Assembly (NCBI GenBank): GCA_943354385.1
Contig: CALRBR010000002.1
Coordinates: forward strand, 4,208-68,207
DNA: 64,000 nucleotides
Direction: 5' to 3'
Origin: Candidatus Tayloriibacteriota bacterium
Lineage (GTDB): Bacteria; Patescibacteriota; Minisyncoccia; Phycocordibacterales; PALSA-1337
A program made the position numbers and the translations under genes. Positions 39,016 to 47,931 of this stretch are shown piece by piece (positions within the stretch are counted from its first letter, which is position 1; every line of letters starts with the position of its first letter). The notes beneath the pieces were generated by a model that had not been told where the DNA came from, searched no databases, and saw only the letters and a program-made list of their open reading frames with translations.

Positions 39016-39726
39016 ATGAATAAGGCTAATGGATTATATAAAGTGGGAGTTATCGGCGGAATGGGTCCCGCTTCGACTGTTTTTTTCATGGATAAAGTCG
39101 TCCAACACACCGAAGCCTCAAAAGATCAGGACCATATCGATATGGTGGTTTTAAATCACGCTACTCTCCCAGACCGGACCGAGATACTTGCTTCAGGAGA
39201 GCATCAGCCTTTTGTGGAGGCAATGATAAAAGATGCGCAGATGCTACAGTCACTCGGAGTTTCATGTATAGCCATTCCTTGTAACACCGCGCACTATTTT
39301 TACAATGAAATCCAGAAATCAGTCGAAATACCAGTGATCAATATGATAGAGGAAGTGGTTTTGTATGTCAGTAAAATGCCGTCTGTAAAAACTGTCGGTA
39401 TTCTCGCCACTAACGGCTCTCTCCGCACCAAGTTGTATGAAAATGCTTGTGCCAAGGTAGGTCTCAAGGCAATCGCTCCGTCCGAAGGGTCTCAAAAAGT
39501 ACTAACAGATATCATCTACAAAGGTGTTAAAGGCGGTAACGAGAGTAACTTGGCTGAATTTCTGACATTAGTCGAGGAGCTTCGAGATAGGGGTGCCGAT
39601 GTAGTGCTTTTGGCCTGTACAGAGCTATCGTATTTTAAAAGTAACACCTTACCCCTCTACTGTGTCGACGCAATGGATGTTTTGGTGCAGAAAGTAATAG
39701 AATTGTCGGGTAAAAAGTGGAAGTAG
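39016..39726 (+). CDS. aspartate racemase (Asp/Glu racemase superfamily)
   Basis: 236 aa. Two catalytic Cys contexts (IPCNTAH, LLACTEL), GGMGP N-terminal motif. Confidence 0.75.
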   Translation: MNKANGLYKVGVIGGMGPASTVFFMDKVVQHTEASKDQDHIDMVVLNHATLPDRTEILASGEHQPFVEAMIKDAQMLQSLGVSCIAIPCNTAHYFYNEIQKSVEIPVINMIEEVVLYVSKMPSVKTVGILATNGSLRTKLYENACAKVGLKAIAPSEGSQKVLTDIIYKGVKGGNESNLAEFLTLVEELRDRGADVVLLACTELSYFKSNTLPLYCVDAMDVLVQKVIELSGKKWK

Positions 39727-39788
39727 GCCATTCTCGGTTTGTTCTTGATAAGAACAAAACCCCCGACCGTACTCGGCCTGGGGCTTTA

Positions 39789-41417
39789 CTATCTTTTCCT
39801 GGGCCTATATTGCAAAGCTTCAAGAATATGTGGTGTGAGAACACGGCCGCTTTTGTCGAGGTCGGCGATGGTGCGGGCGAGCTTGATGATTTTGTGATAG
39901 GCGCGAGCAGAGAGGTCGAGCTTTTCGGCGGAAGTGGTGAGGATTTTGGTAGTCTCTGGATCTAGGTCAATGAGCTCCTCTATTTGCTTGGCTGACATCT
40001 CGGCATTGGTTTTTATATTCTTGCCGGCTTTTTTGAAACGAGTTTCTTGGATCTCCCGAGCTTCGAGCACTCTTTTTTTGATGGCCTCGGTGGTTTCTCC
40101 TGTTTTGTCTTTGCGAGCAAGGTCGACATGGCTGACTGATCCTACTTCGAGCCAGATATCAATACGATCGACGATGGGGCCGGATATTTTGAGCTGATAC
40201 CTCTGGGACGATAGGGCACTACAGACGCACTCTTTGCCTTTGATGCCGTAGTTGCCACAGGGACATGGGTTCATTGTAGCGATGAGGATAAAATGAGCAG
40301 GAAAAAGCACTGAGCCTTTGGCCCGCGAGATACTGACTACTCTATCCTCGAGTGGCTGACGGAGAGAGTCGATCACTTTGCGGTCAAACTCCGGGAATTC
40401 ATCGAGGAAAAGGACACCTTTGTGGGCGAGTGTGATTTCGCCAGGTTTCGGATTTGTGCCACCGCCGACAAGTGCTACGTAAGATGAAGTGTGATGGGGC
40501 GAGCGAAAAGGCGCTTCGGTCATGAGTCCCCCACGGAGCGCGCCGGCGACTGAGTGGATGCCGGTCACCTCGAGCATATCGTCAAAAGAGAGTGCGGGTA
40601 GAATGTGACAAAAGGCTTTGGCCAGCATGGTTTTACCGGTACCAGGTGGTCCGTACATGGCGATATTGTGGCCACCAGCTGCGGCGATTTCCAAACCTCT
40701 CTTGGCGCTTTCCTGCCCTCGCACATCAGAAAAGTCGATCAGGGATGCAGTAGTCTTTTTACGGAGGACAGTTTTAGGCTGAGGGTGAATCTTTTTATCT
40801 TGTACAAGTTGTACAACATTTTCATTTCTGCCAGCAGGTATTTTCCCCGTAGGCTTTTTTATTTCAATCATCGCCTCTTCTCCCGTCGACTCCCCCACTT
40901 TCCTTCCAAAGTGTTCGACAATTTCTTTTAAATCGGTGACAGGGAAAATGGTGATACCTTCGATGAGCGCCGCTTCGAGTGCATTGTCTTTTGGCACGTA
41001 CATTTCGGTGTAGCCTTTTTTCTTTGCCTCTATCGCGAGGGGAAGCATGCCGGTCACCGCTCGGAGGGAGCCGTCGAGGGATAGCTCACCGAGAAAAAGC
41101 TTTTTCGCTGGATCAAACTTTATTTCCTTTGAGGCGAGGAGATATGCGAGTGCGATACCGAGGTCAAAGCTCGGCCCTTCTTTCTTTATTTGAGCTGGTG
41201 CGAGCGAGACGACGACCTTTTGATTTTTCTGTTTCGGAGACTTGAAGCCAGAGTTTTTTATCGCAGCCGAAAACCGGTCTTTTGACTCTTCTACTGCTTT
41301 GTCTGCCATACCCACCATAGAAAAAGCGTATAGTCCCTTTGAAATATCCACCTCAATAGTAATGATTTGCGCTTTGAGGTAGGTATTCTGGGCACTATAC
41401 ACTTTTGCAAAACTCAT
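39789..41417 (-). CDS. comM: YifB/ComM-family Mg-chelatase-like AAA+ ATPase
   Basis: 542 aa. Lon-protease-like N-terminal domain, Walker A GPPGTGKT, MCM-like arginine finger region. Confidence 0.85.
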   Translation of the reverse strand: MSFAKVYSAQNTYLKAQIITIEVDISKGLYAFSMVGMADKAVEESKDRFSAAIKNSGFKSPKQKNQKVVVSLAPAQIKKEGPSFDLGIALAYLLASKEIKFDPAKKLFLGELSLDGSLRAVTGMLPLAIEAKKKGYTEMYVPKDNALEAALIEGITIFPVTDLKEIVEHFGRKVGESTGEEAMIEIKKPTGKIPAGRNENVVQLVQDKKIHPQPKTVLRKKTTASLIDFSDVRGQESAKRGLEIAAAGGHNIAMYGPPGTGKTMLAKAFCHILPALSFDDMLEVTGIHSVAGALRGGLMTEAPFRSPHHTSSYVALVGGGTNPKPGEITLAHKGVLFLDEFPEFDRKVIDSLRQPLEDRVVSISRAKGSVLFPAHFILIATMNPCPCGNYGIKGKECVCSALSSQRYQLKISGPIVDRIDIWLEVGSVSHVDLARKDKTGETTEAIKKRVLEAREIQETRFKKAGKNIKTNAEMSAKQIEELIDLDPETTKILTTSAEKLDLSARAYHKIIKLARTIADLDKSGRVLTPHILEALQYRPRKR

Positions 41418-41421
41418 CCGG

Positions 41422-41781
41422 CTATTTCATGTGCTTAATACAGTTTTTTGCAGATGGACTGGCCTCGAGGCGAGCGAGCTCTATTTCATGGCCATTGTTT
41501 TCACAGATACCATAGGTGCCGAGGTCGATTTTGGCGAGGGCATGCTTTACCTCGTTGTACTGGATTTCGAGCTGTCTCAAAATGCCAGCATTGTCTTCGA
41601 ACTCATCAATACTTTCTGCCACCTCCATGTTGTCCGCACTGTCCGCGTTGAGCTTGTTCGGCTTGGCTTCCCAGTCGTTTGGGTTTGACGGACTTCTCTG
41701 GCCAACACTTTCGAGCTCCTCTTCGAGTGTTTTAAGTTCTTTTTCTAATAGTTTTTTAAATTTTGTAGTGTCGATTGCCAT
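41422..41781 (-). CDS. DksA/TraR-family protein (zinc-finger region partly degenerate)
   Basis: 119 aa. Coiled-coil N-terminus and C-terminal ...GTYGICENNGHEI...C..H pattern. Confidence 0.45.
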   Translation of the reverse strand: MAIDTTKFKKLLEKELKTLEEELESVGQRSPSNPNDWEAKPNKLNADSADNMEVAESIDEFEDNAGILRQLEIQYNEVKHALAKIDLGTYGICENNGHEIELARLEASPSAKNCIKHMK

Positions 41782-41825
41782 AGGGTAATGGTAGCAGAGC
41801 GGTGGTCAAAAGTCCACTAAGTAAT

Positions 41826-42776
41826 TTACCTCGTAAATTTCCTTTTTGTTACAGCGTCTATGACACCTTCGATGGTTTTTTCGTTGGGAGCGATTACGAT
41901 GGTGTTGTTATCTACAAAACTATAAACGATGCGGGTGAGGCCGTAACGGTCTTTGAGTACACGGACATCGCGATTTTGGATAACCATATCCCTAAATTTT
42001 AATTCTGTTTCCAATATGTCGTCACTTGTCTGTTTAGAAACGTCTTTTTCGACAGAGCTATTGTCTACCAGTAGTCCTCTGAAATCATTGGCAAGAGTTT
42101 TTTCCCAAGCGAGCATGCCGGCGAAACCACTTTGGTAGAAATTAGTTTTTAAAATAAGAAAAGGGTGATTTTTTGTCATGCCAAGTACCCCAAACATGTA
42201 CTGAGGATCGAGGGAACGCACAAATTCATTGGTGGCTTTTAAATCGAGTGCTGAGAAGAGACCCTCTGACGAAAGCATTTGTTTACCGGCTTCTCCGGTG
42301 GTGATGTAGAGATATTCGGCGGAATCTATGGAGACAGCAGAAGTTTGTGTGGCTTGGAAGAGTTTTTCGACAAGGGCTTCTTTACCGAGACCGCTGGCAT
42401 TTATTTCTCGAGCTTTTTGATATGGAATGATACTCGAAAGCGATTGGGATTTGTTTTGAGCCGGTGCTTTTTGTGAGTTGGTGTACACGTAGTAGATAGC
42501 TCCTCCCCCACCAGCGATAAAGGCAATACTTACAAGTATGATGGCGATCTTTTTGCCAATACTCCTTACTTCCACTTCTTCAATCGCTAATGTCTCTTCG
42601 CGTCTGGTGCTTTCAGCGACAGCAATTTTAATTAGCGAGGCATTTTGAGAACGAAGGGCTTCGTTGGCGTCACTTTCGAATGTTCGGATAGGTTTTAGCC
42701 CCCCCATTGTTTGTGAGGGTGGAGTCGGTACTGATTGTGCTGCGCCCCCGGGAAATGAGTTTAGGGTAGTATCCAT
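41826..42776 (-). CDS. membrane-anchored hypothetical protein
   Basis: 316 aa. Single TM (IAIILVSIAFIAGGGGAIYYVY) after a ~80-aa cytoplasmic N-terminus. Confidence 0.45.
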   Translation of the reverse strand: MDTTLNSFPGGAAQSVPTPPSQTMGGLKPIRTFESDANEALRSQNASLIKIAVAESTRREETLAIEEVEVRSIGKKIAIILVSIAFIAGGGGAIYYVYTNSQKAPAQNKSQSLSSIIPYQKAREINASGLGKEALVEKLFQATQTSAVSIDSAEYLYITTGEAGKQMLSSEGLFSALDLKATNEFVRSLDPQYMFGVLGMTKNHPFLILKTNFYQSGFAGMLAWEKTLANDFRGLLVDNSSVEKDVSKQTSDDILETELKFRDMVIQNRDVRVLKDRYGLTRIVYSFVDNNTIVIAPNEKTIEGVIDAVTKRKFTR

Positions 42777-42789
42777 TGATGATCGACTT

Positions 42790-42920
42790 TCTCCGCAAAA
42801 CTCTTAATCGGCAAATCTTTTGAAAGAGCACACATACTTTTTTGGTAAAAAGTTGCTCTGCTCGGCTACCCGCCTGCGCAAGGCTTTTCAAAAGATTTGC
42901 CTTCAACGAGTTTTGCGGCG
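42790..42920. repeat. family-3 repeat, second full copy
   Basis: ~95% identical core to 33765-33880. Flanked by ccgcaaaactc / gagttttgcgg inverted repeats. Degenerate relatives at 12-78, 2326-2396 and 7996-8062. Confidence 0.65.
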
Positions 42921-43012
42921 AGAAGTAGCTAGTCAAAGTATACCGTATTTTAGGAAGAAATTAAAGAAAGAATCCCCCGCGACGCAGTCGCGGGGGATTC
43001 TTTCTTTTTGAT

Positions 43013-43654
43013 TTACTTATCCCCTTCCTTTTTCGGTGCCACCGTAGCCCCAGTATTTAGCGGTGCAGTACGGAGTGGTCGCTCTTCGCGCTCTATCCGC
43101 TCGCCACGATTTACTTCTGGTGCACGTCGTGTGCGTACCTGAGATGCTCCACTCATGAGATATTTGCGTGGATTGCTATCGAGATCGATAAAGTCGTCTG
43201 CCACCTCGATGAGTTTGCTTGAAGTGGATTTGCCAAATGAAAGTACTTCTACCTGACAACCCTCATGTATCTGAAGATACTCTACGAGTGGAACAAAGTC
43301 TCCGTCGCCGGAAATAATAATAACGGTGTCGAGCTTTGGTGCGAGTTTGATCGCGTCTACCGCAAGACCCACGTCCCAGTCGGCTTTCTTGCTTCCTCCT
43401 GCAAAGATCTGAAGGTCCTTGGTTTTAGTTTCAATCCCTGCTTTCTCAAGCGCCTCAAAAAAGTTTTTCTCGTCCCCTGATTCGGTGGTGATGACGTATG
43501 CGACCGCTCGGATGAGGGCCCGTCCTGCAAGTGCATCCTTTACTACTTGGCCAAAATTGACCCGCGCATGGTAAAGATTCTTTGCGCAATGATAGAGATT
43601 TTGTGTATCGATAAAAATACCGACGCGCTGCTCTTTGTGTTTAATAACTGACAT
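43013..43654 (-). CDS. NYN/LabA-like (PIN-like) nuclease-domain protein
   Basis: 213 aa. GIFIDTQNLY...ISGDGDF acidic catalytic pattern of NYN domains. Basic C-terminal tail. Confidence 0.7.
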   Translation of the reverse strand: MSVIKHKEQRVGIFIDTQNLYHCAKNLYHARVNFGQVVKDALAGRALIRAVAYVITTESGDEKNFFEALEKAGIETKTKDLQIFAGGSKKADWDVGLAVDAIKLAPKLDTVIIISGDGDFVPLVEYLQIHEGCQVEVLSFGKSTSSKLIEVADDFIDLDSNPRKYLMSGASQVRTRRAPEVNRGERIEREERPLRTAPLNTGATVAPKKEGDK

Positions 43655-43832
43655 ATAATTGTTTACTAATTATAAAAATACTAATAAATAAATGCTTGGA
43701 TTTTAAAAAAGTGTAAATCCATAAAATACTGCAATGTTACCGACCAAGTACCTAAGTATAGGGTACAAAAATGAAATATCAAAGGTCGAAAACACTCTAA
43801 AACGAATTTGACGGGATAGTTCCCGTCAAATT

Positions 43833-44102
43833 TTACTTTTTCTTGAGATCTAGCTTCTTTGCGACTAAGTTGTATCGCTTTACACTTTTTCGCTGGAGAT
43901 ATTTGATGTGAGTCTGTCGATCAGCTACCATAGCGAGGAGACCACGTCGAGAGTGGTTGTCTTTCTTGTGTTTCTTCAAATGATTTGCGAGCTCGTCTAT
44001 CTTTTTTGACAAAATAGAAATCTGAACCTCTGGAGAACCAGTGTCCTTGTCGTGCATCTGCACCTCTTTGATGATTTTGAGCTTCTTTGTTGCGGTTAAC
44101 AT
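43833..44102 (-). CDS. rpsO: 30S ribosomal protein S15
   Basis: 89 aa. Conserved ...DTGS.EVQ.A.L...I..L..H...HKKD..SRRGLL..V..R...L.YL motif. Confidence 0.9.
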   Translation of the reverse strand: MLTATKKLKIIKEVQMHDKDTGSPEVQISILSKKIDELANHLKKHKKDNHSRRGLLAMVADRQTHIKYLQRKSVKRYNLVAKKLDLKKK

Positions 44103-44143
44103 TGCTTATATATACTAGCATAAAAGGGATTTAATTGCAACCA

Positions 44144-44232
44144 CCCGATTTATAAGGAGCAAAGCGACTATATAAATCGAGCGGACCGAAGTAGTCTCTT
44201 CGGTCAAGGCCGATAAAGCGAAGCAACCTTAT
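44144..44232. repeat. family-2 repeat (inverted orientation)
   Basis: ccgatttataaggagcaaagcgactatataaatcgagcggaccgaagtagtctcttcggtcaaggccgataaagcgaagcaacc. Confidence 0.7.
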
Positions 44233-44307
44233 TGTATTCAGTCCTAGAGCCATATTATCGGATTTTATTATCTTTCTATCTTCCAATCAAGTACTATCTG
44301 TGGGGGG

Positions 44308-45267
44308 GTGGTGGTAATATATTGTGCGACATCTGGTATAATGATAGCTATGAGTCTTCGCGAGCTTAAAACACAATTTCTCGAATATATCGAAATCGAA
44401 AAGGGCCGAAGTGTGAAAACGGTCGAAAATTACGACCACTACCTCATCCGCTTTCTCTCTTTTGCTAAAACCGATAATCCAAAAGATATTTCGGACAATC
44501 TCCTTCGCGAATACCGTCTCTGGCTCAACAGACAGTCGACAGGCAATAATAAACCGACTGGCGCGACGCTCAAAAAGAAAACTCAAAACTATTACCTGAT
44601 CGCTTTGCGTGCGTTTTTAAAATATCTAGCCAAAAGAGATGTGAAAACCCTTTCTCCCGAACATATTGAGCTTGCAAAAGTCGGCGAGAGACATATCGAT
44701 GTGATTTCTGAGCAGGAGCTTGGCCGACTCCTCGAGGCGCCAGAGGGAAATAGTCTCAAATCTCTACGGGACAAGGCGATTCTCGAACTCCTTTTTTCTA
44801 CTGGCTTGCGTGTGTCGGAGCTATGTTCCCTCTCACGAGATCTCGATCTTTCATCAGATGAATTTTCTATACGAGGAAAAGGGGAAAAAGTGCGTGTAGT
44901 ATTTCTCTCTGGACAAGCAAAATCATCAATCAAAGCCTATCTAGATAAACGTGCCGATGTGGAAGACCCGCTTTTTATAAAAATAAACAAAGAACGTGCT
45001 GAAGGCGAAGATACCGGACTGACCCGTCGCTCGATCGAGCGTATCGTGAAGTATTATGCAATCAAAGCTGGTATTTCTAAAAAAGTGACTCCGCACGTGA
45101 TCAGGCACTGCTTTGCCACCGACCTACTTTCCAACGGTGCTGACCTCCGCAGTGTCCAGGCACTCCTCGGTCATGCCAATATCGGCACGACGCAGATCTA
45201 CACACATGTGACCGATAAACATTTGAGAGATATTCATAAAAGTTTTCATAATAAGAGACGAAAATAG
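44308..45267 (+). CDS. Xer-type tyrosine site-specific recombinase
   Basis: 319 aa. Catalytic R...HxxR...Y context (RHCFAT, LLGHANIGTTQIYTHV). N-terminal SAM-like domain. True start probably M at 44350. Confidence 0.85.
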   Translation: MVVIYCATSGIMIAMSLRELKTQFLEYIEIEKGRSVKTVENYDHYLIRFLSFAKTDNPKDISDNLLREYRLWLNRQSTGNNKPTGATLKKKTQNYYLIALRAFLKYLAKRDVKTLSPEHIELAKVGERHIDVISEQELGRLLEAPEGNSLKSLRDKAILELLFSTGLRVSELCSLSRDLDLSSDEFSIRGKGEKVRVVFLSGQAKSSIKAYLDKRADVEDPLFIKINKERAEGEDTGLTRRSIERIVKYYAIKAGISKKVTPHVIRHCFATDLLSNGADLRSVQALLGHANIGTTQIYTHVTDKHLRDIHKSFHNKRRK

Positions 45268-45454
45268 ACAGTAGAAATTAGACATGAGACATAAGACAGG
45301 GGCAAGGTTTTTTGTCGAAAAATTACAAGAAGAATACCCCCACGGCGAGTACGCCGCGGGGAAAGAGTTTTTCCAGTCATTTTCCCCAATCCAGTCTCAA
45401 ATCTAAGGCTTTTTTCATGTACCAAAAATAACCCTCTCAACTGGCTGGGAGGTA

Positions 45455-45483
45455 TTGACTTTAGGATTCATATCCTGTATAAT
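45455..45483 (+). promoter_or_regulatory. sigma70-type promoter (TTGACT-17-TATAAT)
   Basis: Near-consensus -35 at 45455-45460 and -10 at 45478-45483 with a 17-nt spacer, upstream of ORF 45531. Confidence 0.45.
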
Positions 45484-45530
45484 ATATTTTGGTTTGAACA
45501 AACGTTTGGAATTACCAGACGTAATGCAGT

Positions 45531-45935
45531 TTGAAGAATATGAAAACTCAAAACCTTCCGGGAACCTCACCCAGTGTCAGGTTCAGGATCTATACAGAAC
45601 AGCACACGGAGCTCGAATCCAGTCTCCTTGCGCTACAGCAGCAAATGAACCAGGCGGGACATATCGGCAATGTCCTTCTCGACCGCAGTCAACGGCACGG
45701 GAAATTCACCCCACTCATAGATGAAGATGGGGGTCAGAAGGTGGCCTTTGTGGAGTGCCCCAGGATTCGCCAGGAGGATGTGAAGAGGGCCATCAGTTTC
45801 ACTGGACTCCGCATCATGCCATGGCTTGATCCCAAGGGTGCCAAGGCCCAAGTCACGATTGTTACCGCCAAGACCGACGAGGCTGCGTATCGTCAGGTCA
45901 AAGGCTCTCATCGTCGTGCTCTTTCCGACCAGTAG
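45531..45935 (+). CDS. hypothetical protein in GC-elevated islet
   Basis: 134-aa ORF. Local GC clearly higher than flanks. No recognisable motif. Confidence 0.4.
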   Translation: MKNMKTQNLPGTSPSVRFRIYTEQHTELESSLLALQQQMNQAGHIGNVLLDRSQRHGKFTPLIDEDGGQKVAFVECPRIRQEDVKRAISFTGLRIMPWLDPKGAKAQVTIVTAKTDEAAYRQVKGSHRRALSDQ

Positions 45936-46099
45936 CGTTAGTCCCCCCGCCAACCCGCGATCACTTCAACGGTTGGCTTTTTATTTGCATTATTATATAT
46001 GGGCAAAATTGATGAAGTTTGCTATAGTACATCACGGTTTAAAGTTTAGAAGTTGGTCAAAATTTAGCGCGGTCAATTTCAGTCAACTCGTTCTTTTTT

Positions 46100-46408
46100 A
46101 TGGCAAACACAACTATGTATATCGATTTTGCTGCAAATCCGTCTATTGATGACAGTCATCTAATGATTGACAGACTCAGGGGCTATTTGGAAAAGCATGC
46201 TCCGGGTTCTTGTCTGATCATCGATCGCACCGTGTGGAAATGGAAACTCACTCTGCCGGACGGTATTGGTTTGGAAAAGGTCTCGAGAGGAATGAAAGAC
46301 TTTTTGGTCATTCCCACCCCTACCCCAATACCCACCGAGGAGGAGATTCGTCGTTCTAGACATCCTCCTGTGCACCTCGTCCTCCACCACCCTCACCCGG
46401 ATCCTTAG
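46100..46408 (+). CDS. hypothetical protein (weak)
   Basis: 102-aa ORF in the same GC-elevated islet. His/Pro-rich tail. Confidence 0.25.
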   Translation: MANTTMYIDFAANPSIDDSHLMIDRLRGYLEKHAPGSCLIIDRTVWKWKLTLPDGIGLEKVSRGMKDFLVIPTPTPIPTEEEIRRSRHPPVHLVLHHPHPDP

Positions 46409-47157
46409 CAGCCATAAATTCCCTAGCCTCGCCCTTTTGGTCGAGCTTTTTATTTGTCAGTCATTTTAATCTACATATATAATTGCCTATCGGAGAGTTT
46501 TGAGGATATGGACGAGGGGTTTTTATTGTAATTGTGGATAAATCCCCAACGGCTTGCCGCGGGGATGAATCGGCAAGAATGAGGATGAAGTCGGCGGAGC
46601 CGACACCTACATAATAAAGTTTACCATGGTGTCTCGCCTGATACCCCGTCCGCTTTACGGCAGGGATAGGACGAGACTAAACTTTATTACGGTGTTTAAA
46701 TTTGACAGACTTTGGTTTGCTTGGTATTCTCTAAGTCGGTTAAATTTACGTTCCTCATTTATGATTGAATATCCCGTCGGATCTCAGTCCGTTCATCTGG
46801 CCTTTGCGACACTCCCTAGGCCGGGCAATGGTTTGCTGGCGATACGTAGTCTCCATGCGGTGCTCAGGGGTATACCTGGTTCGTTTCTAAATGGATGTAG
46901 TGGGACGATGAAAACGTTCCATGTCGTTGTGCCTGCAAAAGGGAACCTCGATAATCTTTTGCTCAGGGGAACTTTTGTGCTCGAAGATGACCCGAATGTC
47001 GTTAAACCATACAGGCCTCGTTCCCGAACTATACCAAAGTCTGGAGGACTACCGAGATCCACGAGAGTGCCCCCGTCGTAAAAGGCTACGGAAGCTTTCC
47101 TTCCGTCCCTCTTCCCGCCTCGCTCGGGATTTTTATTTACAAAATGTACGTGCTACT

Positions 47158-47931
47158 ATGAGCATAATGAAAATTATTTCCTGGAATGTAAATGGTATCA
47201 GAGCCAATCATAAAAAAGGTGGTTTTGACTGGTTGGTCAATGAAGGTGTTGATATTTTTTGTCTCCAAGAGACCAAGGCTCATCCCGAGCAACTCGCACC
47301 AGAAGTCGTGCACCCTCCGGGCTATCAGAGCTACTTTGATCATTCAAAGATGAAAAAGGGCTACAGTGGTGTGGCGGTGTTTACAAAAGTGAAGCCAGAA
47401 AAAGTGGAATACGGCATGGGTGTGCCCGAACTCGATCAGGAGGGGCGACTGCTCGAGCTCCATTTCAAAGATTTTGTATTATTTAACATCTATTTTCCTA
47501 ATGGCGGAGGTGGCCCAGAGCGTCTCGACTATAAAATGCGCTTCTATGAGGTTTTTTTGAAGCATATTGAGAAATTGCGCAAAAATGGTAAGTCAATCAT
47601 CTTCACTGGTGATGTAAATACAGCACATAGTGAAATTGATCTAGCTCGACCAAAAGAAAACAGGGATCACACCGGCTTTTTGCCATCGGAGCGAGCCTGG
47701 GTGGATATGGTAGTAGAAAAGGGGTATGTCGATACGTTTCGCCATCTGTATCCGAAAAAAGTGCAGTACTCGTGGTGGGATATGAAGACATTTGCTCGAG
47801 ATAGAAACATTGGCTGGAGAATCGACTATTTTTTTATCTCCCCCGACCTCCTCCCCCGCCTCAAAAAAGCTGAGATTTATGATCAGGTGCTTGGTTCGGA
47901 TCATTGCCCGGTTTACCTAGAGTTGAAATAA
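47158..47931 (+). CDS. xth: exodeoxyribonuclease III (AP endonuclease, Xth family)
   Basis: MKIISWNVNGIRA...LQETK...catalytic His at SDHCPV. ~255 aa. Followed by a terminator at 47941-47985. Confidence 0.85.
   Translation: MSIMKIISWNVNGIRANHKKGGFDWLVNEGVDIFCLQETKAHPEQLAPEVVHPPGYQSYFDHSKMKKGYSGVAVFTKVKPEKVEYGMGVPELDQEGRLLELHFKDFVLFNIYFPNGGGGPERLDYKMRFYEVFLKHIEKLRKNGKSIIFTGDVNTAHSEIDLARPKENRDHTGFLPSERAWVDMVVEKGYVDTFRHLYPKKVQYSWWDMKTFARDRNIGWRIDYFFISPDLLPRLKKAEIYDQVLGSDHCPVYLELK

Noticed and set aside
42670-42936. 88-aa ORF, and its look-alike 33680-33865, sharing LKSLAQAGSRAEQLFTKKVCVLFQKIC
   Set aside because: Both lie entirely inside copies of the family-3 repeat. The shared peptide is a translation of repeat DNA, not a gene family.
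43013-43654. NYN nuclease plus comM plus DksA-like genes as a defence or toxin island
   Set aside because: The genes are not co-oriented as one unit and each is a common housekeeping-type singleton. No additional defence signatures were found.
46626-47081. 151-aa ORF, and antisense 46793-47062
   Set aside because: Arg/Pro/Ser/Leu-dominated translation in a GC-elevated stretch bounded by promoter- and terminator-like signals. Treated as a possible ncRNA region rather than a CDS.
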